Shown here: positions 1 to 13,465 of the stretch, piece after piece
Layout: each line of letters begins with the position of its first letter
Numbering within the stretch: the first letter of the stretch is position 1
NCBI GenBank assembly: GCA_951406725.2
Contig: OX597818.1
Span: forward strand, 118,978,001-119,042,000
Direction of reading: 5' to 3'
Length of the DNA: 64,000 nucleotides
Source of the DNA: Octopus vulgaris
Taxonomy: Eukaryota
Made by a program: the position numbers and the translations under genes
Notes under the pieces: model-generated
What the model was told of the DNA's origin: nothing
Database searches by the model: none
Seen by the model: the letters and a program-made list of their open reading frames with translations, nothing else

Positions 1-1782
1 CTCTAGGACACAGGCAAGTAAACAACCCAGAAGAATTCTTTGCCACTTTACCAGCGGCCAAAGAGACAAAAATTGAGTACATCAACATCGAAGAAGATGA
101 TATCACACTAGCCATTGATGAGATTGACACAAACTCAGCTGCTGGACCTGATGGATTCCCAGCGATCCTTCTCAAATCGTGCAAACGAGCCCTTGCAGAA
201 CCGCTACAGCTTCTTTTTCAGAGCTTTCTTGCAAGTGGTAAGCTCCCAGTCAAACTGAAAGAGGGGGTAATATGCCCTATCCATAAGGGAGGTAGCAGAG
301 CAGATGCTAAAAATTATAGGCCTATCTCTCTGACCTCACACATCAGCAAAGTCATGGAACAAATAGTCCGTAAGAAACTAATCATGTTCCTTGAAGAAAA
401 TGACTTACTGTCTGACACCCAGCATGGATTTCGACCAGGTAGAGGCTGCCTAACACAGCTCCTGCAACACTATGACTGGGTGTTGAAACAGCTACTAAAT
501 GGCTCAAATGTGGATGTAATATATCTTGACTTTGCAAAAGCCTTTGATAAAGTCGACCATGGTATGATCTGTCACAAACTGCGTGGTCTCGGCATAGGCG
601 GGAAACTTGGAGAGTGGCTGCACAACTTCCTAAAAGACAGAAAACAGGCAGTTGTGAGCAATGGAGCCACCTCCAGGGAAACGCAAATAACAAGCGGTGT
701 CCCACAGGGCACTGTCTTGGGGCCACTGATGTTCATAGTGGCCCTTTCAGACATGCCTTCAGTTGCTACGATGACCACCCTTGCTAGCTATGCAGATGAC
801 ACAAAAGTCTCCCACGCAATACAAAACCCTGAAAATATTGCGCATCTGCAACATGAGCTGGACACAATATACAGGTGGGCTGAGGACAACAACATGCAGT
901 TTAATGCAGGTAAGTTCCAGGCCCTGCGCTACTGGCACACAAAGGTAAATGACGTGAAGACTGGATACACTGGCCCAGGAAGAATTGCAATCCCTGAGTC
1001 AAAATCAGTGCGTGACCTGGGCATTGACATGAGCAATGATGCATCTTTCCAAATGCATATTGCTAATCTGGTGATAAAATGCAGACGGCTAGCTGGATGG
1101 ATTCTCCGAACTTTCAGAACAAGAGAGAAGGAGACACTGATGGTCCTATGGAAAACATTTGTCCTCAGCCGCTTGGACTACTGCTCCCAACTTTGGTCAC
1201 CACACAATATAAAACAAACAGCAGAACTCGAAGCAACTCAGAGAAGCTACACAAAGAAAATCGTCTCAATGCAAAATGTCAGCTACTGGGAAAGACTGAA
1301 GGTATTAAACCTCTTCTCCCTGGAGCGGAGGCGGGAGAGATATGCAGTGATATACATCTGGAAAATCCTGGAGGGTCTTGTCCCAAACTTTGGCATTCAA
1401 AGTTACTCCAACCGTAGAACGGGGCGCCGCTGCGTGGTGCCAAGGATTCCAACATCACCATCAAAATACAGGTCCAGATACTGCAACAGCTTGGGTTTCA
1501 GAGGACCACAGCTCTTTAACATCCTCCCTAAATGCCTGAGAGACTTACATGGTGTGGATGTGGGTTTCTTTAAAACTAAACTGGATCTCTTCTTGTTGGG
1601 AGTCCCAGATGAACCTACCTCACGACAGGAGACACGGATGCGGGCAGCAGCATCGAACTCCCTTGTTGATCAAGTGCCACGTATCAGAGGTGGATTCACA
1701 AACTAGTGTAGCTCATTCAGCGGTGGTGCCCCAGCATGGCAGCGGCCTTCGGGCTAAAACATTTTTAAGCATTTAAGGATTT
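1..1782 (+). mobile_element. 3' part of a CR1/L2-superfamily LINE with short 3' UTR, stem-loop and (ATTTAAGS)-like tail
   Basis: RT ORF ends at 1706. UTR GGTGGTGCCCCAGCATGGCAGC-GGCC-TTCG-GGCT-AAAACA, then atttttaagc-atttaagg-attt, then (TA)n. Confidence 0.85.
3..1706 (+). CDS. Non-LTR retrotransposon ORF2 (reverse transcriptase), CR1/L2-type; 5' end outside the window
   Basis: Frame is open from base 3 (AAGPDGF, PIHKGG, NYRPISLTS) into the 354..1706 ORF, which has QHGFRPGR, YLDFAKAFDKVDH, SGVPQGTVLGP, YADD and C-terminal SLERRRERY / RGPQLFNILP. No stops in 1.7 kb. Confidence 0.92.
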   Translation, partial: LGHRQVNNPEEFFATLPAAKETKIEYINIEEDDITLAIDEIDTNSAAGPDGFPAILLKSCKRALAEPLQLLFQSFLASGKLPVKLKEGVICPIHKGGSRADAKNYRPISLTSHISKVMEQIVRKKLIMFLEENDLLSDTQHGFRPGRGCLTQLLQHYDWVLKQLLNGSNVDVIYLDFAKAFDKVDHGMICHKLRGLGIGGKLGEWLHNFLKDRKQAVVSNGATSRETQITSGVPQGTVLGPLMFIVALSDMPSVATMTTLASYADDTKVSHAIQNPENIAHLQHELDTIYRWAEDNNMQFNAGKFQALRYWHTKVNDVKTGYTGPGRIAIPESKSVRDLGIDMSNDASFQMHIANLVIKCRRLAGWILRTFRTREKETLMVLWKTFVLSRLDYCSQLWSPHNIKQTAELEATQRSYTKKIVSMQNVSYWERLKVLNLFSLERRRERYAVIYIWKILEGLVPNFGIQSYSNRRTGRRCVVPRIPTSPSKYRSRYCNSLGFRGPQLFNILPKCLRDLHGVDVGFFKTKLDLFLLGVPDEPTSRQETRMRAAASNSLVDQVPRIRGGFTN

Positions 1783-2640
<858 letters not shown>

Positions 2641-3209
2641 CACATACACACATATACTGAGAGAGATGTGGAAAGAGAAAGTGATGTCTCGCCGCAGCAT
2701 ACAAGATATTCTCGCTATTTATTCAAAGGAGAATACACAATATTCATATCAGAGAAAAATATCTTCGTAATATTATACAATTCTGCATAGTATAATTTGC
2801 GTGTTATTGCCAGAGACATGAATTAAAAGAAAACGAGACCATATGTAAATAGAAAAACTACAATTAACTTCTAAGTATATTGAAAGAAAACACTTCTTAT
2901 TATGAAGTGTTGTTCAGAAAAAAATAAATAAATAATCTGAAATTAATATGCTTTCGAAATTCTGTTTGTTTTTCTTCTTTCCGCCTGACATATGCGCATA
3001 TATACACACATGTATGCAAGTACACACACACACACACACATACATACACACATGCGCGCGCGCACTCACACATACATACATACACACAGACCCACACACA
3101 CACACGATTGTGCAGGTCTTATGTATGGGTATATATGTGTGTATGTATGTGTTTACTTATACATGTACTATGTGTGTCGATATATATATATATATGCATG
3201 TATTTTATA

Positions 3210-3255
<46 letters not shown>

Positions 3256-3345
3256 CATACATACAATCATACATACGTATATACATACATACAAATCGAT
3301 AGATATATACATAAGCAAACACAAATGCACAAATATGGGCTGTAC

Positions 3346-3383
<38 letters not shown>

Positions 3384-3431
3384 TTCCTGGCCTCAACCCA
3401 ATGTTGAAACAATGAAAGACAATACAATAGG

Positions 3432-3470
<39 letters not shown>

Positions 3471-4142
3471 ACATGTTCGATTTATACTGTTCCCGTTCTA
3501 CATACTTCCATCCATCCATACATTTATTCACACATCTATAAGCACAGATTAATAACGCATACTCCTAAATGAAATATTAGTAGCGTGTACGTATCTGCAT
3601 AGATTGCTTCTTGTAAAAGCGTATTGCATAGCTACATGTATATATCTCATTCTGTCTATAATGCTTCTCAAATTAATATTTCCGTTTTTCTTTTTTTCTA
3701 TCTTATGTTATGATTCTCATTGTGTTTCTTACATCATCGCCGGTTTTTTAATCCATTTTTTAATCATAATATTGTCGAAAAACAAATATCTGGTTTATTT
3801 ATATTCTATTTTTGAAATATAATGTAACATTAAGGTGAAATATAAATAAAAAGACTTGTCTCTCGAACAGATTGATAATGTTGCAACCAATTATATGAAC
3901 AATTGATGGAATATCGATAAAAGAAAACTAATTTCCTTACGTTAATTTATCTTTTCTTTTTCAAGTTGTTTCTTATACTTTGCTTCTAAACATGTAATAA
4001 CTAAGCGATTAAAGGCTATATTTTTGGTTGATATTTGGCGAAACCGGTTCAGATTTCAATTCCCACTATACCAAAGGGTTTTCCATTTCTTCTTGTTCTT
4101 AGATGCACTTTATTATTATATAAACCAGTATATCCGATTGTG

Positions 4143-4492
4143 GAGGCGCAATGGCCCAGTGATTAGGGCAGCGGACTCGCGGTCATAGGATCGCGGTTTC
4201 TATTCCCAGACCGGGCGTTGTGAGCGAAAACACCTAAAGCTCCACGAAGCTCCGGATGGTGGTGATCCCTGCTGTACTCCTTCACCACAACTTTCTCTCA
4301 CTCTTACTTCCTGTTGCTGTTGTACCTGTATTTCACTCTCTGTGTCACGCTGAATATCCCCGAGAACTACGTTAAGGGTACACGTGTCTGTGGAGTGCTC
4401 AGCCACTTACACGTTAATTTCACGAGCAGGCTGTTCCGTTGATTCGGATCAACCGGAACCCTCGTCGTCGTAACCGACGGAGTGCTTCCATC
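4143..4492 (+). mobile_element. tRNA(Arg-like)-derived SINE with 13-bp target-site duplication
   Basis: A-box TGGCCCAGTGATT and B-box-like GGTTTCTATTCCC. Flanked by direct repeat ATATCCGATTGTG at 4130-4142 and 4493-4505. Same head as 41833..42135. Confidence 0.85.
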
Positions 4493-4761
4493 ATATCCGA
4501 TTGTGAAAGACAAGATTGGTCCTACTACGAATTCGTAGTATAAGCCTTACATTATAGAGCGTTTATTGTCCCATTGTAAAAATACGTCTCACACATATTT
4601 GAAATAACCTGCTTGTTTATTTCTCACCAGCTCTTTACTGTATCATTTGTTCGCAAGCGCAACTCAGCCACTAATATAGACTGTTCTAAGATAACGCTAC
4701 AGCTTTATAATCTGGGAGAGTTATGCCTCTTCATTGTCTGTTTCTTTACTACCAACAAGTG

Positions 4762-4968
4762 GCTAAACACAGAGGAGATGAACAAGGACAGACAAACGGA
4801 TTAAGTCGATTACATCGACCCCAGTGCGTAACTGGTGCTTAATTTATCGACCCTGAAAGGATGAAAGGCAAAGTCGACCTCGGTGGAATTTGAACTCAGA
4901 ACATAACGGCAGACGAAATACGGCTACGCATTTCGCCCGGCGTGCTAACGGCTCTGACAGCTCGCTGA
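4762..4968 (-). mobile_element. SINE family B (central GCCTTTCATCCTTTCGGGGTCGATAAA..AAGTACCAG domain, MetaSINE-like)
   Basis: Reverse complement matches the copies at 14288, 20338, 31133, 34395 and 48035. Confidence 0.75.
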
Positions 4969-5889
4969 CTTATACCTCTTCATTATCACCTACTGAGGAA
5001 CACTCAGGTGTTGGAAACGCTTCTAGAGTTTCGATAGGGAGAGCATATATTTTGCAGACAAGGTGCTTTACACCTTTTACCATTATCCAAATTATTTTCA
5101 CACTGTAAACTGCAGTGAATTTGCATTTACAAGTTAACATATGATTCAAACATATTTCAACTAACCTACATTGTGGTTATACCACCACATCTATGTTTTT
5201 GTTCTTGTTGTTATTATAGATGCAAAGACCGAATATCAGCTTTGAACGAGTAGATAAGAAATCAAATGCCTTCTAATGTGTGACCAGATCAAATGTCGTA
5301 ACAAGAAGGCAAACACGTTATGTAAATACTCAAACACACACGCGCTAAAGTTTATATGTGTATACACACATACACTTATAAACGCCTACACATTTAAATT
5401 TATGCTGGGTTTCGTTCGATTTTGACAGTCTTCGTCTATAATCTTGAATCGTGTTGTATATAACTGTCTCAATGCATACGTAAATATAGCAATTTGAAAA
5501 TCATATAGCGGATTAGATTTGACTACTACTATTACTATTCATTAACTCAAATACACAAGTGGCTAGCATGTTTCCCTGGTTAAGATTTCCTCCTCGCAGC
5601 TGCATGAAGTTGTGTTCAATCTAATTATGCACTGCATTGAGCAAATTATTTAGACTACTAGACTACTCCATCCATCTTGACGATAAATGACTGATGAATA
5701 AATTTAGCAGATTGAGATTTCGTGAAAGCCCATCGTATAGCTGAGTCACTTGTGTATGTGTGTGTGATTGTGTGTGGCTCTGTGTGTGTGTGTGTGTGTG
5801 TGTGTGTTTCCCTTCGCTATGTAGCAGATTTGTTATACCAAGGTTATTTTGTGATTTGGCTATCATGAACGAATAGAAAAAACTAGCAA

Positions 5890-5998
<109 letters not shown>

Positions 5999-8900
5999 AT
6001 CAACTTCTTTCAATTCTATTTCCCTTTCTTGCCGAGTGCCTTCCTGATACCTAGGGCGGAGAAATGCACTGTATACATTGGTAGGCCATTAAAAGAAGCA
6101 CACCAGATTGTTCATTTGCAAAGTCGTGCGACAGAGAAAAAAGGAAAGACAGAGAGAAAAAGGAAAAAATGAAAAAGTAAACAGAGAAAATAAAGGGGGG
6201 GGATGCATGAGAATACGCAGAGACAACGCCAGGGACATTCTTAAATAATTTTCAGTTCATTTTTTGATCATTCCAAGTGTCGCTACAATTACTGGTAGTG
6301 TAACCGTCTTGTGATGCCACATCTTTTCGATTTCGATTACCAAACCTCCAATTGTGAGTTACTTGAAAGAAAGACTTAATCGTTCACATTCTGCACCTTG
6401 AGAATTTTTAATGAGAAAAGTTCTCATAATTATTGAAGAGCTATGAAGGTGCAATATTATCTACAAATTCTCCATATAAGTAACCTAATGAGAATTCAGT
6501 GTTTCTATCTGATGGAAGTCTTAAGTAAAATAGAGGTAAAATTTTGCGCAACGCTTCGAAGATTTCTGCTGAAATGCATAAATATAAGTAGATAGTGAGA
6601 CAAATTTCTCGTCATACAACATGATTCAGTGAAACAAATATACTTATACTAATATAATTTGCTATGTAGGTTTCTAGGAAAGTTGGTCTTCCATATAAAG
6701 AAATCATTGTAGATAAACAAAATCAAAACGCCTTGTAGTAAGACATCCGCTTTTAGCGCGACGAATTCACAATGTTGTCATATACTAAACCAAGCAATTC
6801 CTTTTACAAACCTCATATCATTAAAACATGTTGCATAACAAAAATCCCCATGTTTTAATATCCCACTCCATCATGCTGGACCTTATTTATATTCAGCCAA
6901 AAACAAAACAAAACAATATTTAAATTATGTCTTCTATTTCTCCGATTCATGCATAGTAAATATTCATTGGTCTTGATATTCAACTAAATATTCTAGTTTT
7001 GTGTAGTGTGTGTATTGTTTTACTATATACACGGAAAAATCACTTTCTGAGTGTAGGTTCTAACACTTTGCTATCTAACGGATTCTACTGAGATAGAAGG
7101 AAGCGCAGTGTAATCAAGTTACGTTATATCCTATTTAAACAATTTCTTAAACGCATTCTCTTCTATCTCAACGTCTTTTGTAATGTTTTCTTTTGGTCAG
7201 ATTACTCTGGAGAGTTTGCATAAAACCTGTCTTGTTAATTATCCACAAAACCTCTGCTGGACAAAAAGCTCTCGAAAAATCAATGAAGAAAATAATGACA
7301 ACAACGAAAAATAAATCATTAATAATAACGGTACTATCTTATTCCGTCATCCGCTAGCCTAAAGATATCTAACACTTCTATCTCAGCATTTATATGTTTT
7401 AGTTATGGCTTCAACGTATAAGAATGAACAAAGATAATGTCGTCACTTGATATAGATTAACAGCTTAAGTGATTAGGGAAGACATTCTCCGATCTATCTC
7501 AGGGGACAATGGCAAATAAATGAGAGGATATCATACAGTTCATTATCTTGCCTTTTTTTCCTGTCTTTGACGCGCACGCGCACGACAGTTTCTTATTCGA
7601 TCTTTAATGCAATTCTTACTAATCCCTATTGACTAAGCCGTAATAGAAGAATATGAAACTAAGTTTACTTGATAATATGTAATCTTAAATATATATTAAC
7701 AATAAGTGGCAGATCTACGTTAAATGCAGGTGTTATATATTGTCCGAAAAAGAAGAAACCAATACTCAGATACGTTGATAAGGAGATATCTTCACATCCA
7801 ATGATTTCAATACATACAAACAATTCCAATACGAAAGACCATTTTCGCCGAAAAATAGATTTGAGAATAAAATTGAACCTGGAAATCTTTAGATACGATA
7901 CTTTAATACAAATAAGTTTATTAAGTGAATTTCTTTGAATAACATTTGCTTAATTTATCTTCGAAAACTTTATATAAGAACTCTATTTGGTATCGGGGTA
8001 TGAAGAAATTTAGCACTAGATAATGTCTGAAAAAAAGAAAAGTATTTCATTCGTTTGGAAATTGTTTTCTAGAAGTAAATAAACTATACTGAATATAAAA
8101 ATGATCTTTTTGAATGCTTGTGAACGTGTATTTGCGTGTTCGAGAGCGCTATGTTTTGTTTTAAGAAGGAAAACGTGTGAGGTTTCATAGACAATTCCGA
8201 ATTTAAAACATTTGTGCTTGAGAAAATGGAGGTCTTTGAGATTATATAGTGTGCAATACAAGTAAAAACCTGCAAATATAAGAAAAAAAAGTCGCAGTTA
8301 AATTTTATTTAATACTCGCTACAACCAATTTTTTATAGTTCTCGAGTTATTTTCTTATAGTCTCGTTTTTCACTGCGATAAGCATTTCAACGACAGCTTA
8401 TAAGGAAAAATTTTACAGAACATATTTTATTAGCTTAAAACGAAGTCTATAATGAATTAAAATTTATAAAAGCTTGGTAATATTTATCCAAATAGAACCT
8501 CTAAGAAACAAGTGGAATATAGAAATCAATACTCCTGGGGAAGTAAACAATTCGAAGGTGAAATTATATAATCAGTTTCGGGTTTATTTAATATTTACTC
8601 TTTCTTCATACAATAGAAATATCCGAAAATTATATAAGCGAAAAGTTATATTTTATATAAATAGCTTATTTTCATAACTATTGTCAAATTTGCTGTTGAA
8701 TACAAGTAAAATTATCAAGGATTCTACTTTATAAGTTTAAAAAGTAATATGCATCGTATTAATCCAAGATAATCAGATTACTTACGTATTAATTTACAAA
8801 GGAGAGAAGCAGGAAATGTAAACGGTCTGCAGAATATAAATAAATTGGGGAAGGCACCCCCTTTCAAATGAAAATGCAATGTAAAAGAATTTATCAATTC

Positions 8901-9149
8901 CACAGGCTTATAATTTTGACGTATTAAACGTAACTCTATTCAGCTCTACAAATCTATCTTTGCATTCCATATGGGGAGTCAGTTAATAATACAACATATT
9001 ATTGTCGGATTTTATAAACACAGACACGCGTGCGTTCACACACACGTGCATGCATACAGACATGTATATGGGGGTATATATGTAGGTGCGTATGAGAGTG
9101 CACGTAGTAATGTCTGCGCGTGTATTTTTTATTCTTTATATTCTTTTAT

Positions 9150-9460
9150 TTGTTTCAGTTATTTGACTACGGCCATCCTGCTGCACCGCCTTTAGTCGAC
9201 CACAGGATTTATCCTTCCATCAGACTCTTTCGCTGAACCACAAAGTTACGGGGACGTAAACACACCAACATCGGTTGTCAAGCGATGGTTGGGGGAGAAA
9301 CAAACGCAGACACACAAACATATAGGGGATTCTTTCAGTTTCCGTCTACAAATCCACTCACAAGGCTTTAGTCGACCCCAGACTGTAGTAGAAGACACTT
9401 GCCCAAGGTTGCACGCAGTGGGACTGAGCAAGCTACTTAACACACAGCCACTCCTGCGCC
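9150..9460 (-). mobile_element. SINE family A (tRNA head, microsatellite middle, GGCGGTGCTCCAGCATGGC tail); internally deleted copy
   Basis: Head GGCGCAGGAGTGGCTGTG..AAGTAGCTTGCT, body GTGAGTGGATTTG.AGACGGAAACTGAAAGAA, tail GTCAAATAACTGAAACA. Lacks ~23 nt ahead of and into the B-box compared with the 48305 copy. Confidence 0.8.
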
Positions 9461-9461
9461 T

Positions 9462-9469
9462 AAAAAAAA
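9462..9469 (-). terminator. RNA polymerase III terminator (T8) of the tRNA-Met gene
   Basis: A8 on the + strand gives T8 on the - strand, 4 nt after the discriminator base. Confidence 0.8.
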
Positions 9470-9473
9470 TATG

Positions 9474-9567
9474 TGCCCCAGGTGAGGATCGAACTCACGA
9501 CCTTCAGATAACTCTGATTTGTTAGTTGATTATGAGACTGACGCGCTGCCTACTGCGCTACCGAGGC
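9474..9567 (-). tRNA. tRNA-Met (elongator, anticodon CAT) with a 21-nt intron at 9510..9530
   Basis: GCCTCGG TA GCGC AGTAGGCA GCGC G TCAGT CTCATA [ATCAACTAACAAATCAGAGTT] A TCTGA AGGTC GTGAG TTCGATC CTCAC CTGGGGC A. Mature length 73 nt, full cloverleaf, U31:U39 pair typical of eukaryotic elongator Met, intron at the canonical 37/38 site. Confidence 0.93.
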
Positions 9568-9667
9568 CACTCGGCATAGAAATATCATTATTTCTAAGTC
9601 TCTCTAAAGGAGAATACGGCAGCGGTACTAGATATTAACAGTTATCGCCAAGCTAATACGTCAGTCC

Positions 9668-9723
<56 letters not shown>

Positions 9724-10430
9724 CTGTGTCTGTGTGTCTGTGTGTCTGTGTGTGCGTGTGTGCGTGTGTATGTGTGTGTGTGTGTGTGCGTGTGTGCATA
9801 TAGATATACATATATACCTATCTATCTGTCAGTCTGTCTATAGACGGATAGATATGATGGCTTTGCTTACCCGACACTTGAAAGTGAAACTCAATATTTT
9901 TATTGGGATGGAAAAAGAATTTTCTATTCTACCGAAGTATTGAGTAATACATAAGTTTAATTTAAAATTATTCTTATTATAACATGAAAGCAAACATTTA
10001 TATATGTATGTGTGTGTGTCTGTGTGTGTGTGTGTGGCAATGATTGTATATGTTGCAGTGGAGTGTCACAATGTATGAAATGTATCTTCCTGCAACAAAT
10101 CTCTTTCGCGGTAAAATATCCTTGGCCACGCCAATTTTCTTAGGGGGCAGGCATCTAGATTATATATAAGCAATAATAGCTTTCTGTCACACGAGCAATG
10201 CGAAAAGAGGAGTAAAGAAGATTACGGATAAAGATTAGAAGGAATGAGGGCCATGAGAGAGAGGTTGGATAATTATATGTACAATGAAATGTTGGGGAGT
10301 TCCCTCCTGAGGACTTACGTGGTGGTACCAATAAATAATGCGAAGAAATCCTTTCCTTTCAGTGCTACAGATTTGCTCTACTAGTTAAGAACAAAACGCA
10401 TATATACTACTGCCGTAGTCAGTTAGATGT

Positions 10431-10704
10431 AGGCACATGGCCTAGTGTTTAGAGCAGCAGGCTCGCTGTCGAGGGATCGCGGGTTCGAATCTCAGACCGG
10501 GCGATGTATGTGTTTATGAGCGAAAGGCGTGGGTAATGGCGAACTTCTGCTGACTCTTTCGCCACACTTTCCCTCACTCTTTCTTCCTGCACATTGCAGC
10601 TCACCTGCGACAGACCGGCGTCCCGCCCAGGTGGGGGACCTATACGCCAAGGAAACCGGGAAACCGGCCCTTATGAGCCAGGGATGGCTCGAGAAGGAAC
10701 AAAC
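10431..10704 (+). mobile_element. tRNA-derived SINE with V-SINE-like central domain
   Basis: A-box TGGCCTAGTGTTT, B-box GGTTCGAATCT, domain GACCGGCGTCCCGCCCAGG...GGAAACCGGGAAACCGG shared with 41833..42135. Confidence 0.75.
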
Positions 10705-11713
10705 TGTCAGTCAGGGCACCTGATAAGAATGAAATGTGTGAAAACTATCATCAAGCTTTCGGTAAGTGTCCGTAAGATCCTGACATGTGGAACTATATCA
10801 AACATTTTTTATTGGGGGTGGTAAACCTGTGACACTCGGCTGTATTTGTTATAAACTTTGTTCTCTCCACCTCGATTTGTCTAGATTATGGGTGGGCATT
10901 TTTCCAAGTATGGAGATCAATTTCATGAAATCCACTAAAAATTCTTCAAAGCGGTGCACCAGTATGACCACAGTCTAATGACTGAAAGAAGCAAGAGGAA
11001 AAGAGATAAAAATTTCTCACGTTGAAGGGTCAATCGGTTAATTCTCTCTTTAAATTACTGTTAACAGAAGATTGATACACACATACACACATATTCATAC
11101 ACATAGATATATTACATTATACATACATGTACACACACAAATGTATATATATGTGAGTGCATGAGTTTGTGTGTGGTTGGGTATGCCATCCAAATTTTCT
11201 TTAAAGATTTGAAGGAAATAAATTCTCAGTATTTCGGTTGTATTCTGTGTTTCTTTGATTCAAACGAATATACACATGGGAAGATAATTATAAGTGTTTG
11301 TAGTTAATTATACACCATGAAATGAAATCTTGTAAATGATAAATCTTCAGATATGTATCTTCAACGACATTTAAATAATTTCAACCATGTTTTTGCAGAA
11401 AAAATATCAAATACATTTCTCCATTCATAAAAACAAAACAAAACAAAATATTTATGCAAATCTAATGAAGGAAAACTCGTGATTTTCATAACAACTTTAA
11501 TAGATAATAAATTATCGTTATGTAGCAAGCTGAGATATTTCCCTCTACGATGTTATTTTAAGACTTTCGCTTGCTTTTCATACAGTTTTAAAATTAAATT
11601 ATAACGGATTTCGTTTTGAGTTACAGTATATATCTTTAGATACTTGCCGCCGATGCAATGTATATGTAGTCAACAGAAAAAATACCGCGGTTATGGAAAT
11701 GTAATAAATAATA

Positions 11714-11873
11714 GGCGCGGGCGTGGCTGTTTGGTAAGAATCTAGCTTCTCGACCACACGGTTCCGACTGCAGTCTCACTGTGTGGCACCTTGGGCAATT
11801 ATCTTCGACTATAGACTTGTGCCAACAAAAGCCTTGTGAGTGGATTTGGTAGACGGAAATTGAATGCCCGTCG

Positions 11874-11906
<33 letters not shown>

Positions 11907-11916
11907 GTGTGTGTGT

Positions 11917-11953
<37 letters not shown>

Positions 11954-12160
11954 TTTGTGTCTGTTTTTGTTCCCCAACCATCGCTTGACACTCGATGTTG
12001 GTGTGCTTACGTCCCCGTAACTTTAGCGGTTCGACAACAAAGACCGACTGAATAAATACTAGGCTCACGAAGAATAAGTTCAGGGCTTGATATATGCGAC
12101 TGAAAAAAAATCATTAAGACAGTGCTCCAGTATGGCCACAGTCAAATGACGGAAACTAGT
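11714..12160 (+). mobile_element. SINE family A
   Basis: Same head, body, internal (TA)/(TG) and tail (GTGCTCCAGTATGGCCACAGTCAAATGAC) as the 48305 copy. Confidence 0.8.
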
Positions 12161-12315
12161 GCAGACGGAAACCTGACTGAATATAATCTATAATCATGTT
12201 CTATGTCTGAATGGCGAATGGGCGAATAAAGTAGAACACATGAGCGAATGCCGATATTCTATTTATGTTACTTTAACTGTAGGTTCCATGTTACGATATT
12301 CTGTTTTAAATATTA

Positions 12316-12700
12316 CTAGCAGTATCGCCCGGCGTTGCTCAGGTTTGTAAGGGAAATAACTATAAAGCATTTTTAGAGAGCTATAGCCAAAAAATAGCAA
12401 AAAAATGGAAAAAAATTATGGTAAATTTTTTTTTGATAGTTAAAAAAGGTGGAGTTGCGTCCCCTACACAGTTTGTGGTTTGTGTTCCTGATTCTCGACC
12501 CCATGTCGAATTTATCGATTTTTTTCAGAACTGGGGGAACTTTTCAAAATTTTCGCTGCGTTAGTTTTGAATTATGACATTAGGCTATATGTGTGTCAAG
12601 TTTCATCAGAATCGGTTGAAAGCCGTGGTCAGGGTGATGGTACAAGCAAACAGACACACAGAAACACGCACAGACAAACTGCCGTTTATATAGAGAGAGA
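12316..12700 (-). mobile_element. Non-autonomous Helitron (Lep1-like architecture)
   Basis: Minus strand reads A|TCTCTC...CTAG|T, i.e. insertion at AT with no TSD. Subterminal hairpin CCTG-A-GC-AAC-GC-CGGG; ACAG/ACAC repeats near the 5' end. Confidence 0.75.
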
Positions 12701-13465
12701 TTCTCAATTTGTGATTGTCTTTCGTCTACAGAAATGCATAAACTTAAACCCAATACATAGAAACATTATCTCAAATTAACGCAGATTTGTAATAATTATT
12801 ATCCTCCTATATCCCATAAAAGGATTACGTGACACGTTTAATATAAATCCCATTTAGCTGCAACATCACTCAGCAGATGAAGTTATTCGTTACCAATTAC
12901 TGCATGCACATAGTAACTATCGCATCATCCAAATATTAATTTAAACGTATACAAATCTAGTTAAAGGTATATGAAAAGGCAAAACCTTTTATGCGAACGT
13001 TGATCCAATCTTTGTAGGTTAAAAAAGTGAGAATGTTTCTTACTGGCACTACGTCGATTACGACTGAGAACCTGTGCTGGCGGTGCCCGCGAAAGTTGCG
13101 GAGAATATAGGGTCGAGAGGAAATGAAACAATACAAAATGGACATACGAAAGTGAATAAATGTAATTTAAGTCGAAACAAAAAAGAAACGAGCAAAATAT
13201 AGCCTTAGGACCAAAAAGACAAGAATAGTGGGTATGTCTGAGAAGGCATCCTAAAGGATTAGAAAACAACAAATAGCAAGGCAGTGGGGCAAAGAGAATT
13301 CAGGGCCAGTCCTCTACGCAACAGGGGTGAAAAAGAGAGAAAAAGAAGGCTAGCCACGGGTCACGTGTCAGCAGCAGGCACGGGGAAAATGGGGCAGGAG
13401 AGAGGGAAAGAAAGAACGAGAGAGAGAAAGCAAGGGGATGAAGGGGAAAAAGGAGAAAGAAGTGC

